DNA from: Gnetum montanum
Taxonomy: Eukaryota; Plantae; Gnetophyta
NCBI GenBank assembly: GCA_015680685.1
Contig: MNCI01001321.1
Span: forward strand, 160,062 to 224,061
Direction of reading: 5' to 3'
DNA length: 64,000 nucleotides
The translations under genes were made by a program, and so were the position numbers. The stretch's first letter is position 1. Each line of letters begins with the position of its first letter. This document shows, piece by piece, positions 24,501 to 38,951 of the stretch. Below the pieces are notes generated by a model. That model did not search any database, had not been told where the DNA came from, and saw only the letters and a list, made by a program, of their open reading frames with translations.

Positions 24501-27450
24501 GAGAGCTTGACATGTGCTTATGTTGCAGGCATGGATAAACTAGAGCAAGTTCATCACTAACTCTTTGATAATGCAAATGATGATACCTATTAGGAAGAGT
24601 TGGAAATTCCTAAAAATTTTAAATGAAAGCCCCTTGAGTTAAAAACTCTACCTACCAACATGGAATATGCATTCTTGAAAAATGAAAATCTAGTAATAAT
24701 CAATGCAAATCTTGCTCCAAAATAGAAATAAATGTTATTATATGTGGTTGAAAAATGGTTGATAGCCTTTACTTGGTCATATCATGAACTCATAGGGATC
24801 GATCCTAGGATATGCTAGCATTGCATCTACACTAACCTAGCCATGAAGCCTAAAAGGTAGCCATAGAGACAATTGAACCACAAATTGAAAATATCATCAA
24901 AGAGTAAATTGAGTAACTCCTCAAGATGGGGTTTATCTATCCCATTACGAATAGTGAGGATTATTACACTCATTATTATGCCAAATAAAGTTGGCAAGTG
25001 GCGAGTTTGCATCAATTTTTGGCTATTAAATATGGCAACATTCAAGGACCATTTTCCATTATTGTTCATGGATCACATGTTGGACACCATATCTAGGCAT
25101 TAGTATTACAATTTTTTGGATGGTTATAGTGGCTATAACCAAATCTAGATCATGCTATAGGACCAGGCCAAAATAACATTCACAAGTCCCTAGGGGATCT
25201 TTCCATATCACAAGATGCCTTTTGGTCTATGGAATGCTCCTGCTACATTCTAATGCTTGGTATTAAGAATATTTTAATAGAAAATTAGTAGTGAAGTGGA
25301 AGTATTTATGGATGACTTCTCCACTTACGGTGCTACATTTGAGTAAGCCTTGGACCACCTTGAGCAAGTACTAAAAAGATGTATGAAAAAAAACTTGCAA
25401 CTCAATTGGAAAAAAGAGTCATCTAGTGATCCATGAGGATATTGTATTAGGGCACAAAATCTCACAATTAGGAATTGAGGTTGACCTTAAAAATATAAGG
25501 GTCATCCAAGGAATCACTCACCAACTAGAAACTATCAAAGATGTTTAGTCATTCCTTGGACACACTGGCTACTACTTGCAATTCATAGAGAATTTCTCTA
25601 AGATCATAAAATCACTGGTCAAGCTAACAAAGAAAGATGCTCCATTTTTCTGGACCAAGGAATGTGAAAAAGCATTCCAATAACTAAAGGAGAAACTTGT
25701 AAAAACTAGAATTCTATAAGCACCCAACTAGTCCAGATCATTTCATGTTATGACAAATGCATCAAATTATGTCTTAAAAGTTGTGCTTATGCAGTTGGAT
25801 GAAAAGAAACATCCATATTACATCCATTGCGAAATTTAAACCATTGTGGGTGCTCAACTGAACTACACCAACACAAAAAAAGAAATTGATGGTAGTGGTG
25901 TTTGCTCTAGAAAATTTTAGGTACTATGTGCTTGGATACAAAGTATTTATACATGGATCATAGTTCCATTCACTTTCTCATGAACAGTCCAATGGTGAGC
26001 CCTCATGTCATATGATGGCTAGTGATCTTATAGGAATTCGATCTTATGATGATAAACTAGAAGGGAACTAAGAATGTGATCGCTGATCACTTATCTCAGT
26101 TGTGATGGGACAACAAAGAGGAGGAAGGCCCACTATCTGATCTATTTCTTAATGAACTCCTCTTTGTCGAAGCTACAACTAAACAATTGCCCACAAAGCC
26201 TAAATGGTATGATAACATTCTCACCTATCTTCTCATTCATGATATGCCACAAGTGTTGGACCACCAAAAGAAACAACAATTTCTTCACTAGGTGAAATGC
26301 TTTATGAAGATCAATAGATACCTCTACAATATGTGCACTGATGGCCTAGTTCATTGGTGTGTCCGTGATGTTGATCAATTGCATGTTCTCAAGGATGCTC
26401 ATGATGGTCCTTGTAGGGGCCACTATGCTAGGAGACACACAACCATTAAAATCCTAATGGCAAGGTATTATTGGCCAACAATTTTCAAGGATGCTCACCA
26501 ATTTTTCCACTCTTATGAATGCTACCAACGAGATGGTGGAATGACTGCTCGAATGGAAGGACCTCAACAGTGGATCCAACCACTAGGCACCTTTGACATA
26601 TGGGGCATTAACTTCATAGGTTCCATCACATCTATGTCAAATGGAAAGGCATACATCATACTTGTTATTGACTATTGTATGAAATAGGCATAAGCAACAT
26701 CCATCACCAACTGTACAATCTTCTACTACTACTCAATTTGTACAATAGAATGTTATAAAAAAGTTTGGTGTGCCACATGCATTAATTTCTAACAATGGAA
26801 CCCACTTTACAAGCACTACCTTTCAAAAGCTCATGCAATGCTTGGAGGTTGAACATAAACTAACAACATCCTACCACACCTGAAGCCAATGGTCAAGCTA
26901 AGGTTACAAATAAGAAAATCACAAAGATCTTAACAATAACTATTATCAAATATAGGAGAGACTAGAGCACCAAATTCAATGATGCCCTCTAGGCCTACCG
27001 CTTAACATGGAAACTCACTATAGGCTATTCTCCCTATGAGCTAGTGTATGGAAAAGTACCAATACTTCCTATTCAATTTGAGCTCTGTACACTTTTAATA
27101 GCCTATGACATTGACTTTAACTTAAGTCTAGCATAGAAAGAAAGATTAATGAATCTCAACTTGCTAGAAGAAAATCGAGTGGTGGCCCTATCATCTAATG
27201 AGTTGTACAAGGCATTCAACAAAAAGCTCCATGACCTTAGAATTAGGAAAGTCAAATTTCAACCAAGACATAAGGTCCTTTACTAGAATCCCACACATGT
27301 ACCTTAATAAACTAAGTTTCAAATGTTGTAAAAAGAACCTTATATCATTTATAAAACTTTCCCTCCTAGGGCTATGTTGATCTACAAACCTAAGAGCCTA
27401 GGCAAGAAGTAGTTGCTCAACACACAATAAGTCAAACCTTTTCATGAACC
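21600..27450 (+). pseudogene. gag-pol of Athila-2 (gag ~21600-23000, PR ~23890-24250, RT ~24760-25500, RH ~25680-26100, INT ~26290-27450)
   Basis: 'GKWRVCI', 'FLDGYSGYNQI', 'MPFGL', 'EVFMDDFS', and integrase 'HDGPCRGH...YYWPTIFKDA...C..CQR...FDIWGINF'; many stops. Confidence 0.9.
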
Positions 27451-28583
27451 TAACCAAGCCATTGCAACAAATGCCTCATCAAATGGATATCCATGCTCAA
27501 TCTTTCAAATCTCCTCCTTTCAACTTAGTGATGGGGAGGATGGCCATCCATGCTAACTATAGAAGCAACTTCTCAGTTTTTCATCTTTTTTTTTACACGT
27601 TTTTGTTTTACACCTTATTATTTTTACAAATTTTTGTTTTACACATTCTTTATCTTACATCTTTTTGTTTTCACGTTATTAATTTTTGAAAATTTTCATT
27701 TTATAACATCATTAGTACATTTTATTTTTCTTAAATATTTTACAATTTTTTGTATATTCTCCTTTATTTTGGATGTGAGTTTCTTATTATGTTTTAATAA
27801 TAATAACATGCTTTATTTCCAATTGGGTATAGTGTGGTTTTTTTGATGTGGACATGTGTTATCTAGTTATTTGATTATTGGTGTCTAAATTCTAGCTTTA
27901 AATTTTGTTGTTGATAACTAGGTCATGGTTTCTTTTTCATGAAATAGGCAGTAAGTCCACAACATCCACCCACCTACAAACTCTATGGTTTTCCTTGTTC
28001 TAGAAGTATGACGTCCCTTATTCATTAATAAAACTTTAATGAACTTGTCACCTTGGTAGTTTTTAGATTTGGAAAGGATTTAAAGGTTTGAATAGGATGT
28101 GACTTCAAGGGGACTAACTACTCTATGTGCTTTTCTATTTACTTGGATACATGTATGTTTTCATGGATTCATGGATTTCTTACTATTTCATGTTGACCAA
28201 TAATAGGAAGTTGAATAAGTCTTTGCACAGTGTGGTTCCCACACAAAAAAATGATGAGAATTCAAAGCATACCCTTTAATCAAAATAAATGGGCTACAAG
28301 TAGTTGTTACGAGACTAGAAAGACATGTTGCCCATGCCTAAAGGTTCCCTCTAACTAAGGCCATCTCTCACTTCTTGCTTCTCTTTTCTTCTTAAATAAG
28401 GAATGGTGATTGTTCTATGGGAGCCCCCTTGCATCTCAAGGGGGTGGACTAGTCTTAGAGTGGTAATGCAAAGTCACTGAATGTGGTTGGTTTTGGTTTG
28501 AACTAAGGATAGATTCTATCAAGTCATTTAACCATAAAATTCACAAGGGACTTCATGTGACCTTAATTAGGAAGTCCATTCCA

Positions 28584-28608
28584 CTCTCTCTCTCTCTCTC
28601 TCTCTCTC
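28584..28608. repeat. (CT)n microsatellite
   Basis: About 12 CT units. Confidence 0.9.
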
Positions 28609-29520
28609 ATCCATCTATGCTTTCCATGTCTCACCCCATTGCCAATTTCATGTTCTTATTCAATGTCTTAGTTTGACATGTTGAAATTCTTAGGTAGTTT
28701 CTTCCAAGTTTTTGTACTTAACTTTCCATTATCATTAATTGTCCATGGGGTCCATGGACTCCTTAGTTTGAAGTTATTCAAGAGCAATAAAGGACATGTG
28801 CTTGCTTTGGAAAGAACCCAATTGCATACCTTTTTCTTGGGTTAGTTAAGTTCTTTATCCTTAGACATTCTCACAATGGAATCCTTTTGTGTGCCTCCAT
28901 CAATGACACTCAATTGTGCACATCTTCACAACATTTTTCCATGAAATCCTCTTTTTATTATTGTGAATTCTTAAACCTACTTCAAGTATTTCAATGCATT
29001 TGAACTTTTTGGAATTTAATAATCAACCACTTACCCATTTTACCCTATTTTTCAGTCTTTTGCTAACACAATTAAAGGAATCAATCCATCATAATCACAA
29101 CCTGGCCAAGTGTAATTACCAATAAGATAAGCTACCTAAAAGCTATATGTTACACATTACACACTAACTTGCAATCTTGTTGTCATTGCAGCGGAATAGA
29201 AGCGAGATTTTATTTACTAAAGGATAAGTAGCAACACCATGCAATGAGGACCCCTCATGATCATTGAATCTTCTCCCTTGCTCTTCAGCTACAAGAGGAG
29301 TTGGATGCCAATTTTTTCCGAGGTGTTCAATTCTATTGTCATGAACACCTAATTTTGTAAAAGATTATAAATCCATACACTTGGACACTTAAAGTCTATC
29401 TATTTCATTTGAGTCAATTTGCATATCAGTCAATAATCCCATATCTTCCTAATATTTTGTAAGGAAATAGTTTCTCTTCTTGTTCACTCAAGGATGAGTT
29501 TTCATTCAATTATGGGGGTA

Positions 29521-30041
29521 TGATGAATCATATTTTTCCTAGCTCTTATATCATATATCTAATATTAAAGCCCTGATATCAAATACATGATATCAAGTCC
29601 CAAGATGCAATGTCAAATATCTGAAGTCACAAGGTGTGTGGAATCCTATAAATATAGCACTTAGGCACATGGTTTGGGCATAAGTTTTTGTCATAGCATA
29701 GTAAAGCTCTTATAGTTTCTTGTCTCTAGATTTAGAATATTTTCCAAAATTCCTACAACAAGAGTCATTGAGTGTATGGATCTTTATTCAAGAACTATTA
29801 TACTTGAGCATGATAGTATGTGTGATAATAAAGACAAGCTTTTTGATCAAACCTTGTAGCACCTTGCTAGCTTAAATATTTTATTCATGCATTTAATGTT
29901 TTGTGTAACTTCATTTAATACCACCAAGTAATTAAGCTAAAGTAAGCTAGCTAGATTAAATAGTAGTTAATTAAGCACATAAGTATGACTGCTTTGAGCA
30001 TGCATATGATTCTTAGTAATCCCAGCAACATTTAACAGTTG
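29521..30041 (+). repeat. 3' LTR of Athila-2 (truncated by gap)
   Basis: Direct repeat of 20312-20830. Confidence 0.9.
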
Positions 30042-30574
30042 NNNNNNNNNNNNNNNNNNNNNNNNNNNNNNNNNNNNNNNNNNNNNNNNNNNNNNNNNNN
30101 NNNNNNNNNNNNNNNNNNNNNNNNNNNNNNNNNNNNNNNNNNNNNNNNNNNNNNNNNNNNNNNNNNNNNNNNNNNNNNNNNNNNNNNNNNNNNNNNNNNN
30201 NNNNNNNNNNNNNNNNNNNNNNNNNNNNNNNNNNNNNNNNNNNNNNNNNNNNNNNNNNNNNNNNNNNNNNNNNNNNNNNNNNNNNNNNNNNNNNNNNNNN
30301 NNNNNNNNNNNNNNNNNNNNNNNNNNNNNNNNNNNNNNNNNNNNNNNNNNNNNNNNNNNNNNNNNNNNNNNNNNNNNNNNNNNNNNNNNNNNNNNNNNNN
30401 NNNNNNNNNNNNNNNNNNNNNNNNNNNNNNNNNNNNNNNNNNNNNNNNNNNNNNNNNNNNNNNNNNNNNNNNNNNNNNNNNNNNNNNNNNNNNNNNNNNN
30501 NNNNNNNNNNNNNNNNNNNNNNNNNNNNNNNNNNNNNNNNNNNNNNNNNNNNNNNNNNNNNNNNNNNNNNNNNN
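30042..30574. other. assembly gap (N run)
   Basis: Run of N. Confidence 1.
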
Positions 30575-33500
30575 TTCATCTACATTTATACCTTTCTTAT
30601 CCACATTGTAGCTTCTTCTAATAATTCATCAATCTTGACTTGAGGAGATTCAAAAAATTTTAATGTTTTAAAATTTAGGAACTAATAAGGTTGGAATGAC
30701 TTGAATACATAATAAACAAATCATCATTACATTAACTATCAGGTTTGTGTACATTCTGTTAACACTTAATATAGCACTTGCTATAAAATATTCTAACTAG
30801 ACATGAGCCATTTTATCATACCATATTTAATATGAAGTCTTATCATTATCTACTCTTACTAAATATCTATTGATGATTTACACGACAATTATTACTATCT
30901 CATTCCATAGATACTTTGGTACATTCTTCTCACACTTCATTGATTGATTTATCTCAAGTGTAGTTCTATTTTTCTATTCTATGACATTATTCTACTAAAG
31001 TTTCTAGCTAATCAGAACTACCTCTTAATACTTGAATTCCTACATAGCTCATAAAATTCATTTGAGATGAACTCACATCCATTGATAATCATAATAGCTT
31101 TGATTTTAAGTTCTATTTTAGCTTCAACCAAACTTTTAAATGCCTTAAAATGCTTAAATACACCAAACTTTTCCTCAATACACATTAGTCATGATATTCT
31201 AGTATAATCACTAATGATAATAAAGAAATATTTATTGACATTAAACCTAACTACATCAAAATATTCATAATCATCCATATGTAATAACTCAAACTTATCT
31301 TTACAATGAAAATTCATTGGCTTAAATGAAGCTTTAGTTTTCTTAACATGTTGGCATGTAAATCATACCTCTTCTAGTTGACTTACCTAAGGAATGCCTC
31401 TTATGATTTGAGCCTTGATGAGAGCTTGGATGTTACATGAGCTTAAGTAACCTTGCCTTTTGTACCATAACATGCTACTACTTGTCTCAGAAATAAGAGT
31501 TAGACATAAAGACCACTTAGTTATAGAATTTAGATTATTTCTTATTCAAGCAACATAAGCTTTAAAATCCATTTCTTTATTTTCTAATATACATTTTTCA
31601 TTTGTGAAATGGATATTATAACCTTCTCTTAAAAACTATCCTAAGCTCAGTAAATTGTAATGTAAGCCATCATCAAAATAAATATTATGAACTCTAGGGA
31701 ACTTATTATTAATTTTAACTAAGCCTATTCCTCTTGTCACTCTCTTACCTTTGTAACCAAAACTTACCTTGCCTCCATTAATGGATTTAAGCATGATAAA
31801 TTTTGATTTATCATTAGTCATGTGTTGATAACAACCACTATCAATAAACGATATCATTGGGTTGCAAGAGCTCTTTAAGCCTAACTAAATAAGAAGAGCT
31901 TTTCTATTGATTAGTCTTCAAACTTGGTATCATGTTTTCTTATTTCTTGGAAAATGTGTAGTAGCATGGAAATAACACATACTTCCATATTGAGAGAAGT
32001 CACTAGTTCTACAATTTCTTACTTTATGAACTTAAATTACATAATTAAAATAATATCCTTGTAAGAAATAGGCTATCAATCTTGGACCATACTTGATTAT
32101 TAGAATTCTTGGAATAGGAATATTTTCTTACTTGTGTGTGAGTCCACATGATTGTGGAGGCTATGTTTGGCTTTTATCTTCTAAGTTGATGCTTTTGATG
32201 AATATGGCTTTGTTAAGGAACTAAACTCATAGCCAAGACCCCTCTTATCATCACTTGATCGTCCATTATTAATGATATCCTTGAGCTATTCTAAGCTACA
32301 TGTAAACTTATTAAATAGATCAAATGTAGCTTGAGTGGTCTTACCTATTATATTCTTCTTTAGTAGCCAAACTTCCTCTTTTATCTTTAAATTTTCTTAT
32401 TCAATTGATTCAAGCTTCATATTGTAGCTCTTGACTTCTTATTCCCCTTTAAGTAGTTTGTTTAATTTCTCATTGATCTTAATCACCATTTCTAATTATT
32501 TCATTATCCCTTTCATGTCAACATCATCAACTTCTTCATGCTATGTCTTAATCGTATCTGATGAGCTCAATCCGCCTTCATCTTTACATGAAACTATAAT
32601 TTAAGAGGATCTAATATTTTCTTGTTCACATAAGTTAGTATCCATAAAGCCTAGAAAATCATCATCTAATTTATAATCTTCAAAAATTATTGAAAATGAA
32701 AATAAGTCTTTAGTAACAACATTAAAATAATCAATTTTTACTTTAGCATGAGTAAAATGAGCAAAATAATTTTCTTTAAAATCATCAATTTCTACACTAT
32801 TTGTTGAACACTCTAATTGGCTTTGTATCTTAGCTAATTAAGTTTTTAAATTTTCAAACCTATGTCAAGTGCTTTTTGACTTGAACTTGACCATTTGATT
32901 TTTTTATTCTTCTCATCTTTCTTTTTATTTGGATAGTGTGCAATCATATGACATGTTTCACCACAATAATAACAAGAAAATGATTTTTTTATCTTCTTAC
33001 CACCCTTCATCTTTTGAACCTCTTGAGCATCTTCACAAGATTAGTAATCTCCTTATCAAAATCAAAATTTGATGTTGATGATTCCTTTGTATTGTCATTC
33101 ATTATAGCTTTGACTTTGAAGGTAATCCTTTCTTTGTTGTCAAATGTACTAGATCCACCTTTCCTAATATCAAAGGCTAAAACAATATTGTAGAGCTCAT
33201 CTATTATTACTCTAGAACAATCTTTTGCTACTTCTATGAATGATACATTTGCTTCAAATATTTTGGGCAATGCAAACAGGATAATCTAATAAATGATGTC
33301 CTTTTATTAAGTTTCCCTCAAGATGATCATTTTACTAACAACTTCATCAAGTTTGCTAAAGAAGCAACTAATGTTATTATTTTCTTTCATTTTTAAAGCA
33401 TTAAATTAAGTGCTTAAAGTTATCATCTTATACCTCTTCACTTTATCATCTCATTTATAAATAGCTTAAATATGCTTCCATATTTCTTTGGCTAATTGAA

Positions 33501-33720
33501 GATGCATAATATTCATACATATTACCCTATCTAAGTTATAGACCAATGCATTCATAGTTTGGGCATCATGCATAGAATTGTTAATTTCTCTACTAACTCC
33601 CTTCCAGATATCATCATCATGAGCTAGAAGATAATTCTTCATCTTGAACTTCTATAGAGAGCAACCTAATCCATTGAACTATGAAGATCTATTAGATGTG
33701 AATCCTTGATTCTACACCAT
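30575..33720 (-). pseudogene. Copia gag-protease-integrase remnant
   Basis: Gag 'PKIFEANVSFIEVAKD...DEL' (33007-33270), protease 'FIDSGCYQHMTNDKSKF...GGKVSFG' (31636-31857), integrase core ~30800-31300. Confidence 0.85.
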
Positions 33721-33770
33721 GTCTAGAAAAAAATGCAACATATACTATTAAGTTGAGAGGTGTCAACTAG

Positions 33771-33782
33771 TCTCTAATACCA
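33771..33782 (-). promoter_or_regulatory. decayed PBS (tRNA-iMet)
   Basis: Minus strand TGGTATTAGAGA versus TGGTATCAGAGC, preceded by a SIRE-like LTR end (TTATTCAGCCC..CTCTCCTCCTCTTAG). Confidence 0.7.
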
Positions 33783-35119
33783 ATTTCTATTTCTTGGAGG
33801 TAGCTAAAGCCACTAAGAGGAGGAGAGGATTAGGGCTGAATAAAAATTAAGGTAATTAGAGACTAGTAAAAACCATAAATTGAAAACTTAGCCTAGTAAA
33901 CATAGTAGCTATGAAAGAAATAATAAATAGACATAGAGATGATTCAACTGCTAGATTGACAGAATTACTCTACCATAAAACTCCTCCTAGATCCTAGTGG
34001 GCAAAGTAATTTTATTTATCTGAAAAAATAAAGCTATAGGGCTTCTTTCACAATCCTAGATTGAGCACAACTACTAAACTTCAAGTCACAAAAATTAGCT
34101 TTCCAAGCTCAAAAGTAGAAAGAAGCACACTACCTCTTCTCAATTGAGAAACAAAATTTTTAGAGATTTTTGAGAGAAAGAGAAAGGAGGTTTTATAGTG
34201 AAGAGAAATAGATAATGAGATTAAGATTCAAAGAAGAATAGAGAAAAGAGAAATTCTAGTTCAAGCACCAATGGGTAAAAACCAGAATATTTGAACTAAG
34301 CTTGAGAGCTTCAGTTTATACCAATATTTTTTGTAGCCATTTCTAGAGCCATTGTTGATTTACTGGAGAAACATGAGAGGGAAAATTCTATAGTTGTTGT
34401 AGATCCATTGAGAGGTGAAGCTGAGGAAGAAGAAAAACTATAGCCATTGTGAATCCATTGGAAGAAGTTGGAGAATAATTTGAAGCTACATCTATTACAT
34501 CTTAAACTCCATTACTACTTTTGGTATTAGTGGAAAGAAGCATTGAAATCTTGGTAGAGGAGGAAGTATTCTATCATTTCACTTTTAGCATCAATGGTCC
34601 TATGTTTCCTGCAAAAACAATGAGCTCAACTAGCACTAGAGATAATAGCTCTTTCAATTTCATTTAACTTCTGCAACAATATAAGCTTTTAGCTTTTTCA
34701 TATAATGGCCCTCTACAACTTGATCTTATTAAGATTTCAAAGCTAATCATGATGACTCTTTTCGATGAGATGAGATTTTGTAATAAATGATCTTTTTACT
34801 TCATGCCCACTACTTTTTTTTTTCATGGTTTAATGAGAAGAGGCTAGGCTGAGTAAAATCATTTCTTAGTTCTAAAATAAGCTTCATGATCATGATTGAT
34901 TAGGTTTGACTCCTAGATCTTCGATGCCTAAGTAGAACCAATTCTAGCTCTAAACAATATATCACTTATGTAGCCAAGATCTTTCAAAGAGCTCTTCGAT
35001 TATAAATGATGTGTAGCCCTCATAGAATCACTATTTGGTTCTAAAGTGCTTCCACTCCTTGTGTTGACATGGCATAGTACAGCCCTTCAATGTTAAGCTT
35101 TCCCATATACTAGTTGGGG

Positions 35120-35552
35120 NNNNNNNNNNNNNNNNNNNNNNNNNNNNNNNNNNNNNNNNNNNNNNNNNNNNNNNNNNNNNNNNNNNNNNNNNNNNNNNNN
35201 NNNNNNNNNNNNNNNNNNNNNNNNNNNNNNNNNNNNNNNNNNNNNNNNNNNNNNNNNNNNNNNNNNNNNNNNNNNNNNNNNNNNNNNNNNNNNNNNNNNN
35301 NNNNNNNNNNNNNNNNNNNNNNNNNNNNNNNNNNNNNNNNNNNNNNNNNNNNNNNNNNNNNNNNNNNNNNNNNNNNNNNNNNNNNNNNNNNNNNNNNNNN
35401 NNNNNNNNNNNNNNNNNNNNNNNNNNNNNNNNNNNNNNNNNNNNNNNNNNNNNNNNNNNNNNNNNNNNNNNNNNNNNNNNNNNNNNNNNNNNNNNNNNNN
35501 NNNNNNNNNNNNNNNNNNNNNNNNNNNNNNNNNNNNNNNNNNNNNNNNNNNN
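35120..35552. other. assembly gap (N run)
   Basis: Run of N. Confidence 1.
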
Positions 35553-35559
35553 AGATATT

Positions 35560-38500
35560 CTAACCATTTACCAATAGGTAGACCATGGTGGAGGAGACAC
35601 CAAAGGAACTATTTAATTTTGGGGAGGGTTGGAAGGTTCCAAATATCTTGGAAGAGAGGGATCCAAAATGAAATTGACTCATGTTTGTGTCGATGCTTAT
35701 TGCAGTGTTGAATGACCTCGTATGGGTCATGCATAAGATGAAAGGGGATAGATGGCCAGTAGGGTAAGAGTTTAACCCCATTAAGCCATTGAAGGCCTTG
35801 AAAAGGACTTTGCACCGTAACATCAATGTGCCAATGACCATGGAGAAAGGAGTAGATCTGGACTAGGCAATGGTTCATTGCAGTCGACTCCCCATACAAA
35901 TTGCTAAACTCGACCCCCGAAATCCAACGACTAGCCAGCCTAAGACAATTCAAGGAGATGACACCTTTCCGAAACCACGAGGTGGCCACCTTAGCCTTTG
36001 TGATGGCAAGGGGAGCGGGCAACAGAGGTAGCCACCATGGACACAATTTAGAGAGTATAGTAGGGTTGATCTTGACATTAGTCCATTCTATGTAACTGTG
36101 TAGAATTTGCTAGGCCCTCCAGATGCTTTTGAAAACATGAGATCCTGGAAGAATGATAGTGAGGGGGGAAAAGATCCAATTGACAAAATGGATGCCTTTC
36201 CAGAAGGGCTTGTTTTTAGGAAATGCTTGATGAAGCCTTAATTGGAGGAGGGTCCCAATGATGTCTGAGGTGTCTAAATGCTGAACCAACCACTTAGCGA
36301 CCAGGGTAATTCCTTGCTTATAGGAATTCAAAAGACCTAAGCCACCTTTATTCTTGGGGAGAGTAACAATATTCCAAGCGACACGATGAAATCCTTTCTG
36401 AGAATCTTTGGAGGACCACATAAAGTCGTGAAATAACCATTCAAGCTTCTGGTAGGCAGCTTGGGAGGGGGCCCAACATGAAGAGTAATAATCATGGGTT
36501 GACGCACATATGGATTTACATACAAGGTATTTACCCGCAAGTGTGAGGGGTTTAGTCTTCCATTTATCAAGTTTCTTTTGAATCTGAAAAATAACCTGCT
36601 CCCAGAGAATAGAGGTTGAACCTCTAAAATGGAAAGGGATCCCCAAAATCTTAACGATGTCTTGATCCTGGAGCCGCTTCCAGTTATAGTTGGTCACATG
36701 GTTGTAATTGCTCAAAAAGCTATAAACAAAGGATTTATTCCAATTTATAGTGGAACCTGAGAGTGTACAATATTGCTCCACCCTTGATAAGAGGCGGTGC
36801 AAATTGGCGATTGTGTTTTGAACTAGAAAGAATGAGTCATCGATGAAGTGCATATTGAGGAGCTGTTGTTGAGAGGAAGATAGGCAAACCCCAGTGAGAA
36901 CTTTTGTTTGAATGTCCATGTTAATCTGATGACAAAGAAAGTCTACAGCGATGATAAAGAGATAGGGGGCGAGAGGGCAGCCTTGTCGCACTGACCTATG
37001 TATTGGAAAGGGAGAGGTAATGCCAAAGGTAGTGGCTATTCTTGTGGTAGCATATGAGAATAAGCATTTCATCATATGCAGGAACTTAGGTCCAAAACCA
37101 AGTTTGGTCATGGTCTGCAAGATAAAATCCCACTTTATGTTGTCATAAGCCTTGGCATAATCAAGTTTCACTAGGAGAATATCTTGTCCATCATCCTCAG
37201 CCCACTTGAGACCTTCCCATGCCGCAACCACATTGTCTAAAATATATCTACCAGGAACAAATCTTGTTTGTTAGGGAGATAAGATCTGGCCAAGAATTTT
37301 TTTCAGTCATAAGGCAAGGCACTTAGCCCAAATTTTATACACTACATTGAGGAGAGTTATGGGACGCCAATTGGAGATATCGGCAAGATCCCCAGACTTG
37401 GGGAAGAGACGAATTACCCCTTGATTTAGATTGGGCCCAAGGGAACCAGTTAAGATAGCCTTGTTAATGACCTGCAGAAGATCATTTCCCACCAAATCCC
37501 AATGATTTTGAAAAAATTCCACGGGGAAACCATTGTAACCAAGAGCCTTTCCCCGACTTAACTTAGAATAAGCCACATGTAGCTCCACTAGAGTGATATC
37601 AGCATCAAGACTTTGTAGCATAGTGGAGTTGATAAGATGAGGATAATTGGGGGTGGCAGCCTTGAACGAAGAGATGTCCATTGGGGTTGCTGCAAAAAGG
37701 GTTTCATAGTGATTCTTGAGAAAAGAGAGGATACTATTGTGGTCAGTAATGGTGGTACCATCGCTAGAGATTTTTTCTATAGAATGCGAAAGGGAAGCAG
37801 AATTGAGATACTTAAAAAATTCCTTACAACGTTCATCTTGAATATTTAACCAAGTGAACCAGCTTTTAGTTAGGGCACTTTGTGCTCAGTACACATCCCA
37901 ATGTTGAAAGGCTAATCTTGCTCTAGCTAGCTCCTCATGAACTAGAGTGTTGAAGGGGTCTTGAGCTAGTCTATTAGTGAGATGTTCAATAGTGAGGTGA
38001 ATTTTGTTGTATTCTTGTCTGGCCTAAGTAGCCACTACCTTACCATACGAACGAGCAAAGTTCCGCACTCGACATAAAGCCCGATGCCACCAGTTAATCC
38101 AACCCACCTGATTTAGGGGCCTAGGTTCAGCATTCCAAAGGTTGGATAGAAGAAGTTGGACAGCAGGAGAAGAAAAACAGTTATTGTGTAGTCAGAAAAG
38201 ATGGAATTTTCGTCGGTGAAAACTGCCATGAATCTTGATGGATATGGAGATAGGAAGATGGTCTAATAAGGTAGCATGATGATGAACCGTAGTAGTGGAG
38301 AAGGCTTGCCAAAAGGAAAGGATGGAGAAATAGAACCTATCTAACCTACTGCAGATGTGAGCCTGTCCAAGATGGAGATTGCTCTAGGTAAGTTTGTGGA
38401 GGAGAATGCCCGCGAAGGTGTCCACCCCATTAGAAAGGTAAAACCTTTTCTTGAAGGCGGACCAAGTTTGATACTCAAGATTGGGCAGTTGAAAAAACAC

Positions 38501-38951
38501 CCCACCGAGCTTATCTTGAGGGAATTCAACCGTATTAGAATCTCCTCCAAAGATGGGAAAGAGAATTTGCAAGTTCTTGACAAAGGAGAGCCCGTTTTGC
38601 GGAGTCGTTTGGGGCATAAATCGAGCAAATACCAAATGGGCCATGCGAGAAAGAGAAGGTGGCCCAGAAAACTCTATGCTCAAAATCAGAACCACTTTGA
38701 AGGATTTTAGTTTTCCAGTAGGGCAAAAGGAGAATGGCCGCGCCACCTTTCCCACTCGCATGGGACATTGCTAGGATTGAAGAGTGAAGAAGAAACCAAT
38801 GGGCGGAAAAGGATAAAAGGTCGGCTGAAACCTTAATTTCTTGAAGGAGAACGAAATCAAAGGCTATATTAAGACTAGAAATAAAGTTGCTTGCTCGCTT
38901 CCATCAAAGCCTATCAGTAAGGCCTCGAATGTTCCATGAAAGGAGGTTCAT
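35560..38951 (-). pseudogene. LINE ORF2 (AP endonuclease + reverse transcriptase), few stops/frameshifts
   Basis: Starts 'MNLLSWNIRGL'; 'SIYAPN', 'NWRPITLLNVVYKI', 'KLDYAKAYD', 'SVRQGCPLAPYLF', 'HFIDD'. Confidence 0.92.

Larger units (their letters stand above)
20312..30400 (+). mobile_element. Full-length decayed Athila-like Gypsy (Athila-2) inserted between Copia INT and RT
   Basis: 5' LTR 20312-21182, PBS TTAGCACCATTTCTAGGGAC, gag-PR-RT-RH-INT, PPT at ~29510, and a 3' LTR from 29521 running into the gap. End coordinate estimated from LTR length. Confidence 0.9.

Noticed and set aside
27444-27846. Hydrophobic Phe-rich ORFs as env or membrane protein
   Set aside because: Translation of T-rich low-complexity sequence after the integrase; no support.
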